From contig OZ316897.1 of NCBI GenBank assembly GCA_973895155.1, positions 17,454,357-17,518,356 of the forward strand: a stretch of 64,000 nt of DNA. Reading direction: 5' to 3'. A program made the translations under genes and the position numbers. The notes below the pieces were generated by a model. It searched no databases and was not told the origin of the DNA. It was given only the letters and a program-made list of their open reading frames with translations. Shown in pieces: positions 13,583 through 26,773 of the stretch (position 1 is the stretch's first letter; each line of letters begins with the position of its first letter). The DNA comes from Marsupella aquatica. Taxonomy: Eukaryota > Plantae > Marchantiophyta.

Positions 13583-16500
13583 CTAGATATCGCTAATCAT
13601 GCCCACCTCAAGAAGTTTCGAACGAGGAATATTGAGTGACACTAAGGACGACCTGCAGTTATTCTGGAGAATCTGATAGCCATAGTCGATCACAAGCTTT
13701 CTGAACCACGATGAATCCCTGCGTGCTCTTACTTCTGCGTGACCAAGAAGGTAAACTATGCCTGATTCCATGGCAGTGCTCAAAACCGCAAGCTCCTCGG
13801 CTAATTCGGCAGAGGATTCCGTAGTTTTGAAAGTTGATGCCTCTGTATCATCAATCTGGACACCAATGTAATTCACGTCTTGCCAGAGATTTGCATCTTG
13901 GAGTAAAAGTACGGGAGCCTGGCCATATTCTTCCCTGATAAAGTTCACAAGGCTTTGCACTAGAAGACTCTCGAAGGATTTGTCTTCTTCCTCATCTTTT
14001 TTCAACTCCTTGTATCCAAACCTCACAGTACATCTGTACATTCGAAATTGTCTGGGGCCTTCTCTGCGGAAGAAAAAGCGTTCTTGGTCGGGGACATGTG
14101 AAACTGGTAAGTGTTTCACGCACACGAAGACAAGGATAGAGTGCATTGCCTGAACTTTGGAGATGAGATGATGAAAGATCTTTGGTACGCCTTGTCCAAG
14201 CTCGGTGTAAACCAGCCCAATGCCAGGAACTCTCGGTAATTTACCCAGGTTTGATCCGAGACCCAGAACCCAATCAATGGGTACCCTGTTCTGGATTTCT
14301 TGTTGGTGCTTCTGTGATCTCCCATAGTGCCAGGTGTACATGATACTGAAGAAGATGACTACGAACACTAAAGGAATGTAGCCACCTTGGGGTACCTTCA
14401 AGAGCACTGAAGAGAAATAGAGGAGTTCTACTGAGCTTACAGAGCAATAGAAGATCAGAGCCAACCAAAGAGGTGTTTCCCATATCATGACCATAACCAA
14501 GGTCAGAAGATGAGTATTAATCACCATGTCTGCATTCACAGCCACACCTGCAAACATAAAACACTCCAAGAAAAGTTGATTAAGACAGGTTCAGTGGAGG
14601 AAATTTGTGACTAGTTGGGCGACGCATACTGAATTTTCGTCTTGTCTAAAGTTGTTTCGATCCCCCATAAACAACAGATTTGAATGGAAGAAAATTTCGT
14701 CAGAAAGATAGAACCTCATTTAGATGACACTTTTATAAACTAAAACAACCAGGACTTACCATAAGCGTTGCCTATCTGGCTCGTATCACGGAAAGAGACC
14801 GCAATGATAACACAGAGAATCATGATGAGCCAGTTCATTTCTGGGATGTAAACTTGACCAGCGTACTTGACACTGGTATGGACAACCTTCACTCGTGGAA
14901 AACATCCCAGGTTCATGGCTTGATAGATAAGGGGGAAAGCTGCTGAGATCATTGCCTGACTGGCTATGATTGCTGCACCTGTGGCCACTACGAACACTGG
15001 CCAGTACACCGCATCTGCGAAAGCCCAATCCCAACTTTTCAGAGTTGTGATGTTGTAATTTCTAAAATAACTTCTACCGCTCTTCGTATGAAGTGAATAG
15101 AGAAGATTTTGGAAAACGAAAAAGACAAGCAGAGCTTTATTTCGTCTGCAGCAGCATTTTCAAGACTGAACCTCTATTGATGTGCAGAGAGGGACTGAAG
15201 ACAGAGTGTTTCATGTGGAACAGCAAGGTAGTGTAGGACGTTGCTTGCCTGGGATAGACTTGTAGAACGCGACGCTGACATTTTCAGGATACTTCATGAG
15301 ATATGCAGCTTGGCCTATGTAAGCAGATAGCAGGCATGGATACACTATTGCTGAGAACGCAATCTGCACACAACGAGTTCATGGGCTGCGTCAGAACGTG
15401 GCCCACTACTTTTAATCAAAACTTATACATGCGCGAGGAAATTAAGCCAGCTGGACAAATATCTAGATAAAGACGAACTGTTAATTTGACGAGTCTGAAT
15501 CAAAAGCTCATAAGAGTAGCTGTTTGGTGAGAATTCTCGGGAACATAAAATATAAGGATAAAATGAGCTTTCAGCGCTTTGCGATATCTAAACTCGAAAA
15601 TTTCATACCTGAATCGCTCTTACTGAGAAGTGTCCCAAATCAGCAAACATGGCCTCAGTTCCTACACAGTTAGTGAGAGAACGAACCGGTTGAAAGGTGT
15701 TTTTCAATACAATACAACAGTAAGGAACGCAATCATATCCCCAGATTCTACGGTTTATCAATTTGTAATAGGCTCTTAGTGAGGTTCAAGAACCAACCCT
15801 TAGCTGAAGTGCACTGAAATGGTCAGATTTTCCCTTAGTTAACTAACTTGTACTCCAAATAAAAGCTTAACCAATTGATACTTGTAGAATTACAAGGGTG
15901 AAGGTGAGCCATGGGCCGGGAAGCCAGGAGTCAATGTACCTGTGATGCAGAGGAGAATGCCGCCAAGAGAGGTCCATGCCACCTTTTTCATTTTGAAAAA
16001 TAGATAAATGTAGTAAGGATTGAAAGCCTTGAAAACCTCTGGTCCATAACGTACGATGTTATACACACCGATGATAGCAATGCAAGCGAACCAAAGCAGG
16101 ACCACTGGTGAGAACAATAATCCAACTTTGTCCGTGCCGAAACGCTGAAGCGAAAATAAGCCCACCAAAATAACGCAGGTGACTGCTACCACCACATCTG
16201 GAAGGCAGCTCAAAACATCAACAGGTGTCTGGTGAGCCATTTGATTACTTTTAAAGGCGATCGAAGACTTTTATTGAAAAGCATTAGAAGATCTTACTTC
16301 AGCTGAACAAATGTACTGACAACATAGTTAAGGCCCTGATGGGAAGCACCAATTGAGGTCAACTGTGGTAGCTGCCCTCCCTATGTATGGGGAGAACACA
16401 GCCCTCAGTAGTGCAGTTGAAGGCAAAATTATCATCCTCAGTAGGTATACTGTAGCTACTTTGGCCATCAGAAAATAAGTAGACAATGTTACATAAACTA

Positions 16501-18440
16501 ATTCAGAAATTGGCTTTATCTACTCGACGCAATAGGTGTTGGTTGAAAGTTACTGACCCTGAGAAATGCTTGGCACTGCGATCTGAATTCCTTGGATAGC
16601 AGACAATACTGCAGGAGCGAGGGAATTTTTTAGGCAGAGAATCAGGAGCGAGGGAAATTTTTAGGCAGAGAATCAGAGCGTTCTGTGTATATACAATACG
16701 ATAGCACAAAACTACAGATAGGCACCTTCATAAATTCAAAATTGCGCAACCCAGTGACTTAGGACGTAACTAATGTTGGTCGATGTCCAAATCTCAAATT
16801 TGCGTATCGACATACATCTCTGCAGATTTTACCTTAAAGCCTAAACTGGAAAAGCAGAATTTCGATCATGCATGGGTACACTATGGCTTAAAAGTAAACC
16901 TGAGATACAGGGTGTGAGTACACCATCTCCAATCACCATGCAGGTTCCCAAGATAGTGACTCCCAGAAGCAAGTTCTTCAAAACACTACTCCTTCGTATT
17001 GCTTCTTTGATACGAGTTGCGCGCTGGAGGTTTCCGCTGGGGGTCTGAATATTGTAAGAGGATACCTCATGATCCTCCGAGATGTGGTTGTGAGCTACTG
17101 AGATTTTGGCATGTCTGCATATCAGAGAGTACAACGCATATTCTCCGCCTGCGCGAGATAGTTTGTGATGAGAAAAGTCCTTTAAAAATTATTTGTTGCT
17201 GATCGATGACCATTTCAACGTACTGAAGTAGCTATTTTAAGGTTTATCTTCTGCTCTAGACAACCTGAACCACACCTCGAGACCCCGCTCGAGACCATAT
17301 GCAAAAGCAACCTGTTACTAATACCATGTTCTCCCGTAGAAATCTACGCAATGGTCTCCTTCCACCAACATGAATCAAATCAAAGCGATGGCAATGGCAA
17401 TGGCAATATCACTAAAGAAGGGCAGGATGTGACTAATGACCAGGAGGTAAAAGTTTCTATCCATGTGGAAAGTGAAGTAAGGTGCTAACCGTTGCCATTG
17501 TCGTTGGCGCGCAGAACTATGAAGACATACTTGATTAAACAAATCAGAGTGATCGTATAGATAATAATCGATAGACAGCCCAGAAGTTCGTTCTTAGATG
17601 GCTGCCGGTCTGTAAAAACTGAGGAATAGACATATAGTGGCGACGTTCCCAAATCTCCATACACCACTCCGATAGTCTGATACGCAAGTAGAAGTGTGGC
17701 TACCAGCGACTGATTCTTATTCTGTAAGTTTCCGACATTGATCACAAAGCCATTACCAGCATCCAGTCAATTCCAACTAGTAGGAGACCATGCATACGTC
17801 AAGAATTAATTCCGAAAAGCAGCCATCCGCTCTTCAGCTAAAACAGCATCGACTGAGTTACATCCAAGACAGATCCCAAAAACAGAGGAAGTCTCGTTGG
17901 CATAGTAATGCAGAGAGGAAGGAGGTAAAGTAGCAGAGAACCAGAGGACCTATATTACAAAAGATACAAGCTAAGTGAAATCAATCTTTTTGCTGAGATG
18001 TAGTCGTCTAATTTGGGAATTCTGCCCTCAACAAATTCGATAGAAATTCACACCAGAAAGTTCTCTGAGCCAATCAATTTCACCACACACTAAAATTTTC
18101 CATCACGTGAAAGATTCCCTTTAGACCTGAAGCACACATAAAGCGCAGTCCAAATGCTCGATCTTTGTTCTTCACACACTGAAAGTTTGTGCCATAAAAA
18201 CACCACAAGAGCTTGGTATGGCAATTACTCTACATGATACAAAGCCTACATGATACAGAGGCTACTTACTAGGGTAGAGGTACTTACCCCGCCCTGATGA
18301 CCTTCCATGGAAGTCATTTGGTTGGCATCCAATTCCAGTGAGTCTACCGTTGTCAAACGAGCAGGCTGAGTATAGACACTTTCGTCAGACATGCCTTCAG
18401 GTGGCTCAACCTGTTCGTCCACCACGCCAAATTCCGACAT
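13583..18440 (-). CDS. KUP/HAK/KT potassium transporter, 9 exons (18440-18288, 17721-17490, 17148-16900, 16608-16558, 16197-15940, 15661-15609, 15363-15249, 15014-14760, 14547-13583), ~776 aa
   Basis: Signatures [85 protein letters not shown]. Splice junctions keep frame and total 2331 nt; intron 7 is GC-AG. Confidence 0.92.
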
Positions 18441-18935
18441 GGTTGCCTCTTAAAGACTTTACAAGAACTTGCCCAACAATCTACTTATAAATTGTAGATT
18501 GTTTGAGAAGAACGTGTACCAAGCCGCTTCGCTAATAAAATCTGAAAGACTTCACTGAAAGTTTTTATAGCAGAAGAAACAATAAAGCCCGAAGGATATC
18601 TTAATGCCCCTAGCAAGTTTCTACTCATGGAAGCACGTAGCACTATGTAAAACGAGGCGCAAGGTAGCGACAAATGATAGGCAAAGAACGCACACTTTCG
18701 CAAGGCTCCCCTTTGCAGATATAATCTGCTTTCTATGCAGAGCTTTCAGAATGCTATACAACATATGATCATATTCAGGTAGAGAACGACCTATATAAGA
18801 TTTCAAGAGGGCACGATTCAGGAAAGGAAGGATCCGACTGACTAGGGATGTATTCATGTCACCTAAGTTGGCAAGAAAGGGTTTAGCCATGGGTCTCTAA
18901 CCAGTGACTCAGCGGGTCCAGAGGTAGTGGGACTT

Positions 18936-19110
18936 CGCTGAGAGGCGTTACAGAGAGTCACTTGGCTGGCTTGGCAGGCCGCCCTGGCTCCAATGCCAGC
19001 AACGAGGCGATAGAAAATTTCCTTCTTCTGGTTCTGTGAGTCTATCCACGAGACTACGTAATCTGGCCGCTGAGAGGCGTTACAGAGGGTGGCTGGGCTG
19101 GCCAGGCCTG
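18936..19110. promoter_or_regulatory. Duplicated motif in the 1.2-kb divergent KUP/CHX intergenic region (candidate bidirectional promoter element)
   Basis: Exact 20-mer CGCTGAGAGGCGTTACAGAG at 18936 and 19068, followed by similar GGCTGG..CAGGCC tails. A regulatory role is inferred only from position. Confidence 0.35.
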
Positions 19111-19644
19111 AGATACTATACTGACGATCAAACTCCAGAGGCTATTAATGTCTGATCATTTGTCTTCATTTGCGATGGGTTGGCCAATGACGAGTGAGAG
19201 ATTTGACTAGCAACGTCCTTTTGCAGTATGCATGTCCATCACTGACTATCAACGACATAAGCTGATCAAGAGACCCCTTTCCCATTGCATGCACTAGTGA
19301 TAGTAGAGCATAAGTAGCCTGACTGACAAACCCTGATATCATAATCAGATTCACCAAGCTATCGTCTCCACTCTCACAGTCAGAAGACTCATAAGATTCA
19401 GCTCCAGATTTCTAGCCCTCACTCTTCCTCCACTCCGGCCCTCGCCGTCTTCCGAGCCGGCTATCATAGTTATATTGGCATTCGATTGGTCAAAGTTTTT
19501 CCGCATCGTCATCATCTAGATATCTGAGCAGGGGATGCCTCACTGAGCTAGACGACCAATTAAGTACAAATCCAACTATTTAAGAAGGATCCACAGAAGT
19601 GGAGATTCGGTGATTCCACTTATCGGAGGGAGGAGTTCTGCACA

Positions 19645-22000
19645 ATGGCAAATTTGACAGTGCCTTGTCTGAAGCCCATGGCTGCGACCTCTAATGGTGT
19701 GTGGCAGCACAACAACCCAATCAACTTTGCGTTTCCACTACTAGCCATCCAGATTACTCTCGTGCTGTTCGTCACCCGCGCCTTGGCCTACTTTTTCAAG
19801 CCCATGAGGCAGCCCCGCGTTATTGCGGAGATCATTGGTGGGATTCTGCTCGGGCCGACTGCATTGGGGCGCAATCATGATTTTCTGCAAAACATTTTCC
19901 CCAAGCAGAGCATCACTGTTCTCGACACTTTGGCTAACATAGGTCTTCTTTTCTTCATGTTCATGGTCGGGCTCGAGCTGGACCTTGGAGCCCTGAGAAA
20001 AGTAGGATCACAAGCACTGGCCATTGCAGGAGCTGGGATGTGTGTACCGTTTGCTCTTGGAGTTGGGGTGTCTGTCCTCATCCATAATACTATTTCTCCA
20101 GAAGTTGGGTTTGCCCCATTTCTCGTGTTCATGGGTGTCGCAATGTCCATCACTGCCTTCCCAGTATTGGCAAGAATTCTCGCCGAAAAGAAGCTGTTGA
20201 CCACGGATGTGGGACAGATGGCGATGTCTGCTGCTGCTGTCAATGATGTTTCGGCCTGGATTCTCCTAGCTCTTGCTATTGCTCTTTCAGGTACAGGCAG
20301 TGGAACAGTTGCCATTTGGGTACTCCTTTGCGGGCTGGGATTTGTGATATTCATGTTCTTCGTGGTCAAACCCTTCATGACCTGGGTGGCTCATCAGTCA
20401 TCAGAGAACGAGTCTCCCAAGGAGATATATATCTGCATCACGTTTGCTTTAGTCCTCATCTCTGGTTTTATCACTGACGCAATTGGGATTCACTTAATTT
20501 TTGGTGGGTTTGTTCTCGGCCTTATCATTCCGAAGGATGGTTCCTTTTCACAGAGTCTCATCGAAAAAATTGAGGACGTCGCCTCAATATTGTTGCTACC
20601 TCTATATTTTGCTTCCAGTGGCCTGAAAACAAACGTTGCCTCAATTCATGGTGGTCAGTCATGGGGCCTTCTTGTTCTCGTCATTTGTGTTGCCTGTTTA
20701 GGCAAGATTGGCGGCACGGTTCTTGTGTCACGATTCTACACCAAAAATTTCCGAAAGTCTCTTACACTGGGAGTCCTCATGAACACAAAGGGGCTTGTTG
20801 AACTCATCGTCTTGAATATTGGCAAGGACAGAGGGGTTCTGACCGATGAGGTGTTTGCCATTATGGTTCTCATGGCTCTCTTTACCACTTTCATCACCAC
20901 ACCCATTGTAATGACAATTTACAAGCCAGCCAGGAAGCAAGTGCCCTACACCCAGAGAGAGTTGTACAAGGAAGCATCGCCAAAGGAACACCTACGAATT
21001 TTGAGTTGCGTGCATGGTGTTGGAAACGTGGCCGCAATGGTAAATTTGACTGAAACGGTGAGAGGACAGACTGACCGCGAGATTCGACTTTACATTCTGC
21101 ATCTGATGCAGCTATCAGAACGCTCATCCACCATATTCAAGGCACGACGATCAAGGAGTAACGAGAGTGGAGCTCCCAAAACCGACCGGGTTGCTGTGGC
21201 ATTCGAGGCATTTGCGCAGCTAAGTAAAGTGGTGGTAAGACGCATTACTGCTGTCTCACAATTCGAAGATATGCATGACGACGTTTGCACGACTGCCGAA
21301 AGATAAGAGGGCTTCCATAATCATCCTTCCTTTCCACAAAAAGGTCCAACTTGACGGCAGCTATGAGAATGGCAATTTAGGACTCCAAACAGTCAACAAG
21401 AAGGTCCTGCAGTACGCTCCTTGCTCTGTGGCTATCCTCATTGACGGCGGGCTTCGGGGAGCTGCTCAGATTGCTCCAGGAAAGGTCGATCACACTGTGG
21501 TGGTGCTGTTCTTTGGTGGCCCTGATGACCGGGAGGCCCTAGCATTTGGCGTTAGGATGGCTGAACATCCAGGAGTAAAGTTGAAAGTCATCCGATACAT
21601 CAGTCCTGCTGGTCTAGGAGCTGGGTCATCAGATTCACGGCTAGATAGCCTGCGAGATGAAGAGCTCCTCAATACAGTTCGCTCAGTCAATACTAACTCA
21701 GACAAAATGATCACTTTCGAGCACGTTGAAATCAGTGACTTGGGTGAATCTATCACTGAAATCGGCAACGAGATTCAACAGGATCTGATATTAGTTGGCA
21801 GAAATAGCCGCCCCTCTCCACTACTGGCTACTCTCTGCCAAACTCGGCAACAACCTGTTGACTCTGAGCTGGGATATGTGGGAGACATTCTCGCCTCGTC
21901 CACTTCCCCTTGTACTGTCTTGGTTGTGCAACAGTACGATCCCAACAACGTTTCTGGAGGTTATTCTCACAGCTCGTCATCGGTTGACTTGCCCGTGTGA
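19645..22000 (+). CDS. Cation/H+ exchanger (CPA2 family, CHX16-20-like), intronless, with a single +1 frameshift at 21299-21301; ~784 aa if repaired
   Basis: RQPRVIAEIIGGILLGP, SITAFPVLARIL, AAAVND, LMNTKGLVELIVLNIG; USP-like tail MHDDVC..KRASIIILPFHK..APCSVAILID..FFGGPDDREAL. Removing one A from GAAAGAT gives AEDKRAS and joins ORFs 19645-21306 and 21275-22000. Confidence 0.88.
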
Positions 22001-22428
22001 GGGTCTCATCTAATACTGTACATATATTCATTATCAAATAATATGTGAGGCGGCCCTCCCAAACACTCTCTGTTTTAGGAAATGAGTTGTACTCAATCCA
22101 GAGTTTTTTTAATATTGGATCGGCCCAGCCAACACCCCCTTTGCCTGGCACTAAACTTACCCACTCCTTAAGGTATTAGGGTGGTATTTTGCTTGCTTTT
22201 TGGGGCTTTAGGCTGCTGCCCCATTAGCACTTTCAACTTTGATTATATCTCATTAAAAATAATCTTATATTGATCTGACTATTTTTTGTCCTGAGGTAGA
22301 TGCATATGCAGAGTGTTTGGTACAGCAATTGCAAATTCAAAATCCAGATAAATTGAGTCTTGTAATAAAAGATAAAAATACTCAAAGAATTTTTATATGT
22401 GAGTGTTTCCTACCTTAACGAACAGGTA

Positions 22429-22553
22429 AAGACCAGGGCTAATCCCTTAATGGGATAAACAGTCTGACTCCCATATATACGGTCTCCCCGCATACGCCGG
22501 TCGACCATATATACGGTCGCCTTTATATCCCATTAAGGGATAGCCCTGGTCCT
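22429..22553. mobile_element. Small MITE (~125 bp fold-back), TA-flanked
   Basis: TIRs GACCAGGGCTAATCCCTTAATGGGATA / TATCCCATTAAGGGATAGCCCTGGTC, with TA on both sides. Confidence 0.7.
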
Positions 22554-22740
22554 TAATCATATACATTCTTGAGAACACTTTCATTCACTCTTTCCTGAGA
22601 ACTGACGCACTCATTCTTGAGATCACTTTGACAATGCATGACAGCATGGGTGGGATGGTTGCATGGTCTTAACTGCAAATTGAATGTTTCAACAATATAT
22701 TTTCTTGACTAAACTACCTGCATTATTTTCCCCCCCTCCT

Positions 22741-23195
22741 GGGTATGCAACTCCTTACAAAGTTTATAATTCCTTATAATGACTTTATATCCCATTGATC
22801 ATATGAAGTTTCATTTTAGTTTATTCAAATCTTGTACCTCTCAACTCAAGGAATCTAAAGATGTATCTTTAAAAAGAAATTGAGCTTGTTTTGATATGGA
22901 AAATTTTAATCAAAACCAAATTATATGGTTTTTTTTTAATACAGGGATCCACAGCCAAACTAGCCAGCTTTTTGGTATTTTTATTAAAATTCTAAAGATA
23001 TTTTAATAAAAAATACAACAAGTTTAGGAATATTTTTAAATTTTATGTGGAAAAATAAGAAAAAAAAAACCTTTTCTATGACTTCAAACTGTTGAAAAGT
23101 GGAAAACCCAAGTTTTTTAAAATTTTAATTTTTCTTATAGCCAACTTTTTAGTCCATATAAAAAACGTGCTTATTATACAAGAGTTAGCGTACCC
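22741..23195. mobile_element. ~450-bp AT-rich dispersed repeat/MITE, copy 1
   Basis: Imperfect TIR GGGTATGCAACTCC / AGAGTTAGCGTACCC. Collinear similarity (TGTACCT.TCAACTCAAGGAAT, CCAAACTAGCCAGCTTTTT, TTTAGTCCATATAAAAAA) to 43110-43540. Confidence 0.7.
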
Positions 23196-23499
23196 GGCCC
23201 CCCTTTGGCATCTTTGCACAATTAGTTCGCTATAAACAATATGAGCAGCTTGACAGAGGTCAATAATAGTTGGGATACAATATGATTAGCTTGACAGAGG
23301 TCAATAATGTTGGGATTTCCTAGTTAGATATTATTTGTCAATTTTTATTTGCAAGGTATTACAAATTCATTACGGTACTATTGTGGGCATTTCAAAGACG
23401 AGAATACATGTCATTTAGACGAGAATACATGTCACCCTCCATTGCAAACAAAGAAATGTCTTGAAAAGAAAAAATTCCAGCATTGCAAATTTGAATGAC

Positions 23500-25000
23500 G
23501 TTGCTGTCACGCACATCCGAAATGATAGTCCAGCTCACATATATGAATTGTCTGTACGACATGGTAGATCTGCGAACGTTGTTTGTTCTTCTCTAATGAA
23601 CTAATGTTGATTACAAAAATGTGACGGCGTGTCCAACTGGGCGTGTCTAATATCATTGAAGCGTTTCTATCAATGAAATTGAATTGAGACTGGTTTCCCT
23701 GGATAGGTGCAGGTCGATCCTGCGGACGCACGCACTAGAAAAGAAGGCATCATGCAAGCAAGTTGTAGAATTTCTGGCCATAGCTCGAACAGAGCTGCGG
23801 CATAACTGGAATCTTTCGTCTTTGAATTGGATCATGGTTGAGATAGTCCAATCTGATTTGACATCAACTGCTGGTTCGCTAATGACAAGTTATCAGCATT
23901 GTAACGGGTGTGTGGAGCCTCTCGAAACTATGGGTGCAAGAACGACTAAAGTAGCTAATTCGCCAAACAACACCAAGTCCTTCAAACTGGTATTGGGTAT
24001 CACCCGGGGTGCCGTTCCCAAAGTCTTCGACGGTCGTTATGCATCGAGCTAATCTTCTGCCGCTGGAGTGGAACTTTTGTGTATCAATATGCGGCCTGCA
24101 GCTGATACAAACTCAACTGCAGGACAGTTTTGACTGAGAAATTGGTCGTCGTTCACATGGCCTGTCAGAGGATTGGGTGCGATTTCGCATTCTGCCGTTC
24201 CCAAGTCCTCTTGCGTGCAGACTTTCAACACGCGTCCCTGATCGATAGTGAACATCTTCAAATGCGCTGTTCTGAAAGTCCTCATCACGACCTTCATCAA
24301 CGAGTAGTAGCAACCTGTGCCCTCGAAGCATACATCTTGTGTTTTCATATGTGGCTCGCAGTTGATGTGAAACTCAACCCGAATTTTGAACAATTATGTA
24401 CAAGTTACACTCTGTTTGTTTCTAGTCTAAGAAGATTCCAGCACTAATTCACTGTAGCTGCATCATCTCATTCACGATACTCCGAATGAGACTCCGAATG
24501 ACTTCGCCAGTACGGCCTTGACTTGAAGACACTTTGGCAAGCGAACAAGCTCGGGGTGAGTTGGAGCTGCTGAAAGAGCTCTCGCGGCGTAGTTTCCATA
24601 GTTGATGTAAATGAATACCAACCGTTAGAGAACGCAGAAAGATCATCACGGTGCAAGATCTGGGCGAACAATTTGTGAGTGCCTTCAAGGCCCAGCCCCA
24701 AAACAGCTCCCACGAAACACAAAACTTCGGTGCCGTCAGGGTGCGTCTGACGCTGGTTCAGAGCGTCCGCTGGATACTGGAGCCCGAGTGCAGAAGACGC
24801 GCCCTGACCTTTGAGAGCTGGGACGACACCCATGTTCGTTGATGTCAAGGTAGAGAAACTCCAGAATATTGCTCACTCGACATAGTGAAAAGCGGTGCAT
24901 GTGACGAAGCTCCCAGCGAGATTCAATACGCTCATACAAATAGGAAGGGCTACGTCCGGGGTGAGTCCTGCATGGGTCGTGCCAGCTTTCCATTTCAAAG
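23500..25000 (-). pseudogene. Decayed coding-like segment, possibly LRR portion of a TORNADO1-like gene
   Basis: No long ORF; scattered RI-type LRR-like words (PNTSLKDLVL, ETSLNSISL). Weak evidence. Confidence 0.25.
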
Positions 25001-26695
25001 CCAACTACTGTAGAAGAAAAGCTTCAAACACGGACGAATGAAGGCCCACGATTCTGAAGGAAACCCTCTGAATTCCACATAACGAACGAGAAGCTTGCCA
25101 ACACTGCTGATCTATCACCTACAGGTCACCTTGGACGAGTGTAAGATCGAAGAAGTTAGACCTCTAGGGGCTATTTGCACATTGTAGTAGGAAAAGCGAC
25201 CTTCATGCGAATCATATCAACGGGTCGTAAAATTAACTTAGGAGAGTAGTCCGAGGAGAACCAAACTCGATGGTCAGCTAGAGCCTAATCAATGGGTCTA
25301 ATCGATAAGTTGACAGAACCAACTTAGAAGACTAGTAGGCGAAGCGAACTTGATAAGAATGGAACATGAAATCAACGTTCGTTTGGGTCTGCTAGTGATC
25401 AACTGCGTTGCAATGTGGCAGCCTTGATCCTAAATACCACTAGCGCTGCGGAGCAACAAAGCGGAGGGGAATCCTCGCCATGGAGAAAACGGAGAAAACG
25501 GAGAATTCCGCGGGAACTCTGCCACGTGGAGGCGACGATCGTGTCAGTTTTTTGTCGCGTTGCGTTTGGCTTTAGCGCCTTGGGTTCGCTTGACCAGGCA
25601 TTGGGTAAACTACAGTAAACTCGCAGTCCCGGTCCGAACGGCGAGGCAGGCCAACCAGTTGGCCAAGGCAGTTACTGTAGTTAGTTCACCTCCAGCGCCA
25701 TATGGCAGGCCCCCCCCCTGTGGGCGGACTACAGTGACCCGCACGGTAAGTCTTCAGTCGGCGTCGAACTTTGACAGAATGATGCACGTGTGGGTAATGA
25801 GGACCGTCCAATCGGAGCCAGGCTAGCTGAGATCCACGGCTAAGAATAAGACACGATGGAAGGGTGGCAGAGGGCAAGCACACGGACAGTGGTTTCTGCA
25901 TTATTTTGTTTATGACTGCTATTCTGTCTTATTGCTTGTGGTAGAGCCATCCTGTGTGCCGTAATCTATAAGGTTTTTCCTTATTGGCCAATGTTTGGTG
26001 TGTGAAGGGGAGAAGATGTTAGTAAAATCATCCTATATCTGACATTCTCAAATTATTTTCTGACGGTTAGATCTCCCTAATTTTAAGGAAGGCCATTCGA
26101 TTCTGGCTGATGGGGCCAGCGAATAGGTGAGAAATTGGCCAAGGCGACATAAAAAATGCTCACGAGTTTTAGCTAAAAGTGGCAAACAAAGACTTTTTGC
26201 AGAAGGTGGAATCTAGCCAAAATTGGCCACTACAAAAAAATGGCCTCTATATCATCCAACCATGATTTATTTGTTTGTATCTAGTGAGTCAACTGTATGC
26301 ATTAATTAGTGTATGGGCAGAGTAAAGTTTTTAAGACTCCCATGGTAGACCATGATAGATGATTTTCTTCTACAACTCACGGGAACCACATTAAATGTTG
26401 TACGTTATGCAAGGGGGGCTAGCGGTTGGTGCATGATTGCTGCCCGCAGAATAAAGTTATGGTTCTAATAACAAGCAAATGATAGATCATGTACAACAAA
26501 TGATAGGGTCATTTTATTGATTCTAATAGAAGACTTAATAATTTTATGTGAAAAACATTAGGGTCTTTAGAATACAATTTTGAGACTTATAAGAACATTG
26601 GGGTATTTTTAATCAAAAATTTGAAGCATTCCAAGAATAATTTATTTTTTTTAACAGTTTAGGGGTTCCAAAGCCTGAAAGAGATTGCCAGTGAT

Positions 26696-26773
26696 AGGAG
26701 GACTCCATATAGCATATAGTAAGACCCCTGAGAATGGGAGGACTCCATATAGCATATAGTGAGACCCCTGAGA
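26696..26773. repeat. 40-bp tandem duplication
   Basis: GGAGGACTCCATATAGCATATAGT(A/G)AGACCCCTGAGAA occurs twice. Confidence 0.9.

Noticed and set aside
19875-20378. 167-aa antisense ORF within CHX, and similar ORFs opposite CXE, the protease and pol
   Set aside because: Shadow ORFs of real coding strands with no recognisable motifs.
23245-23320. TTGACAGAGG duplicate resembling miR156/529
   Set aside because: It is a 41-bp direct duplication; the match is short and there is no complementary arm.
25833-25941. Possible miRNA hairpin (AATAAGACA / TGTCTTATT)
   Set aside because: Pairing is limited to a short outer stem with no extended duplex.
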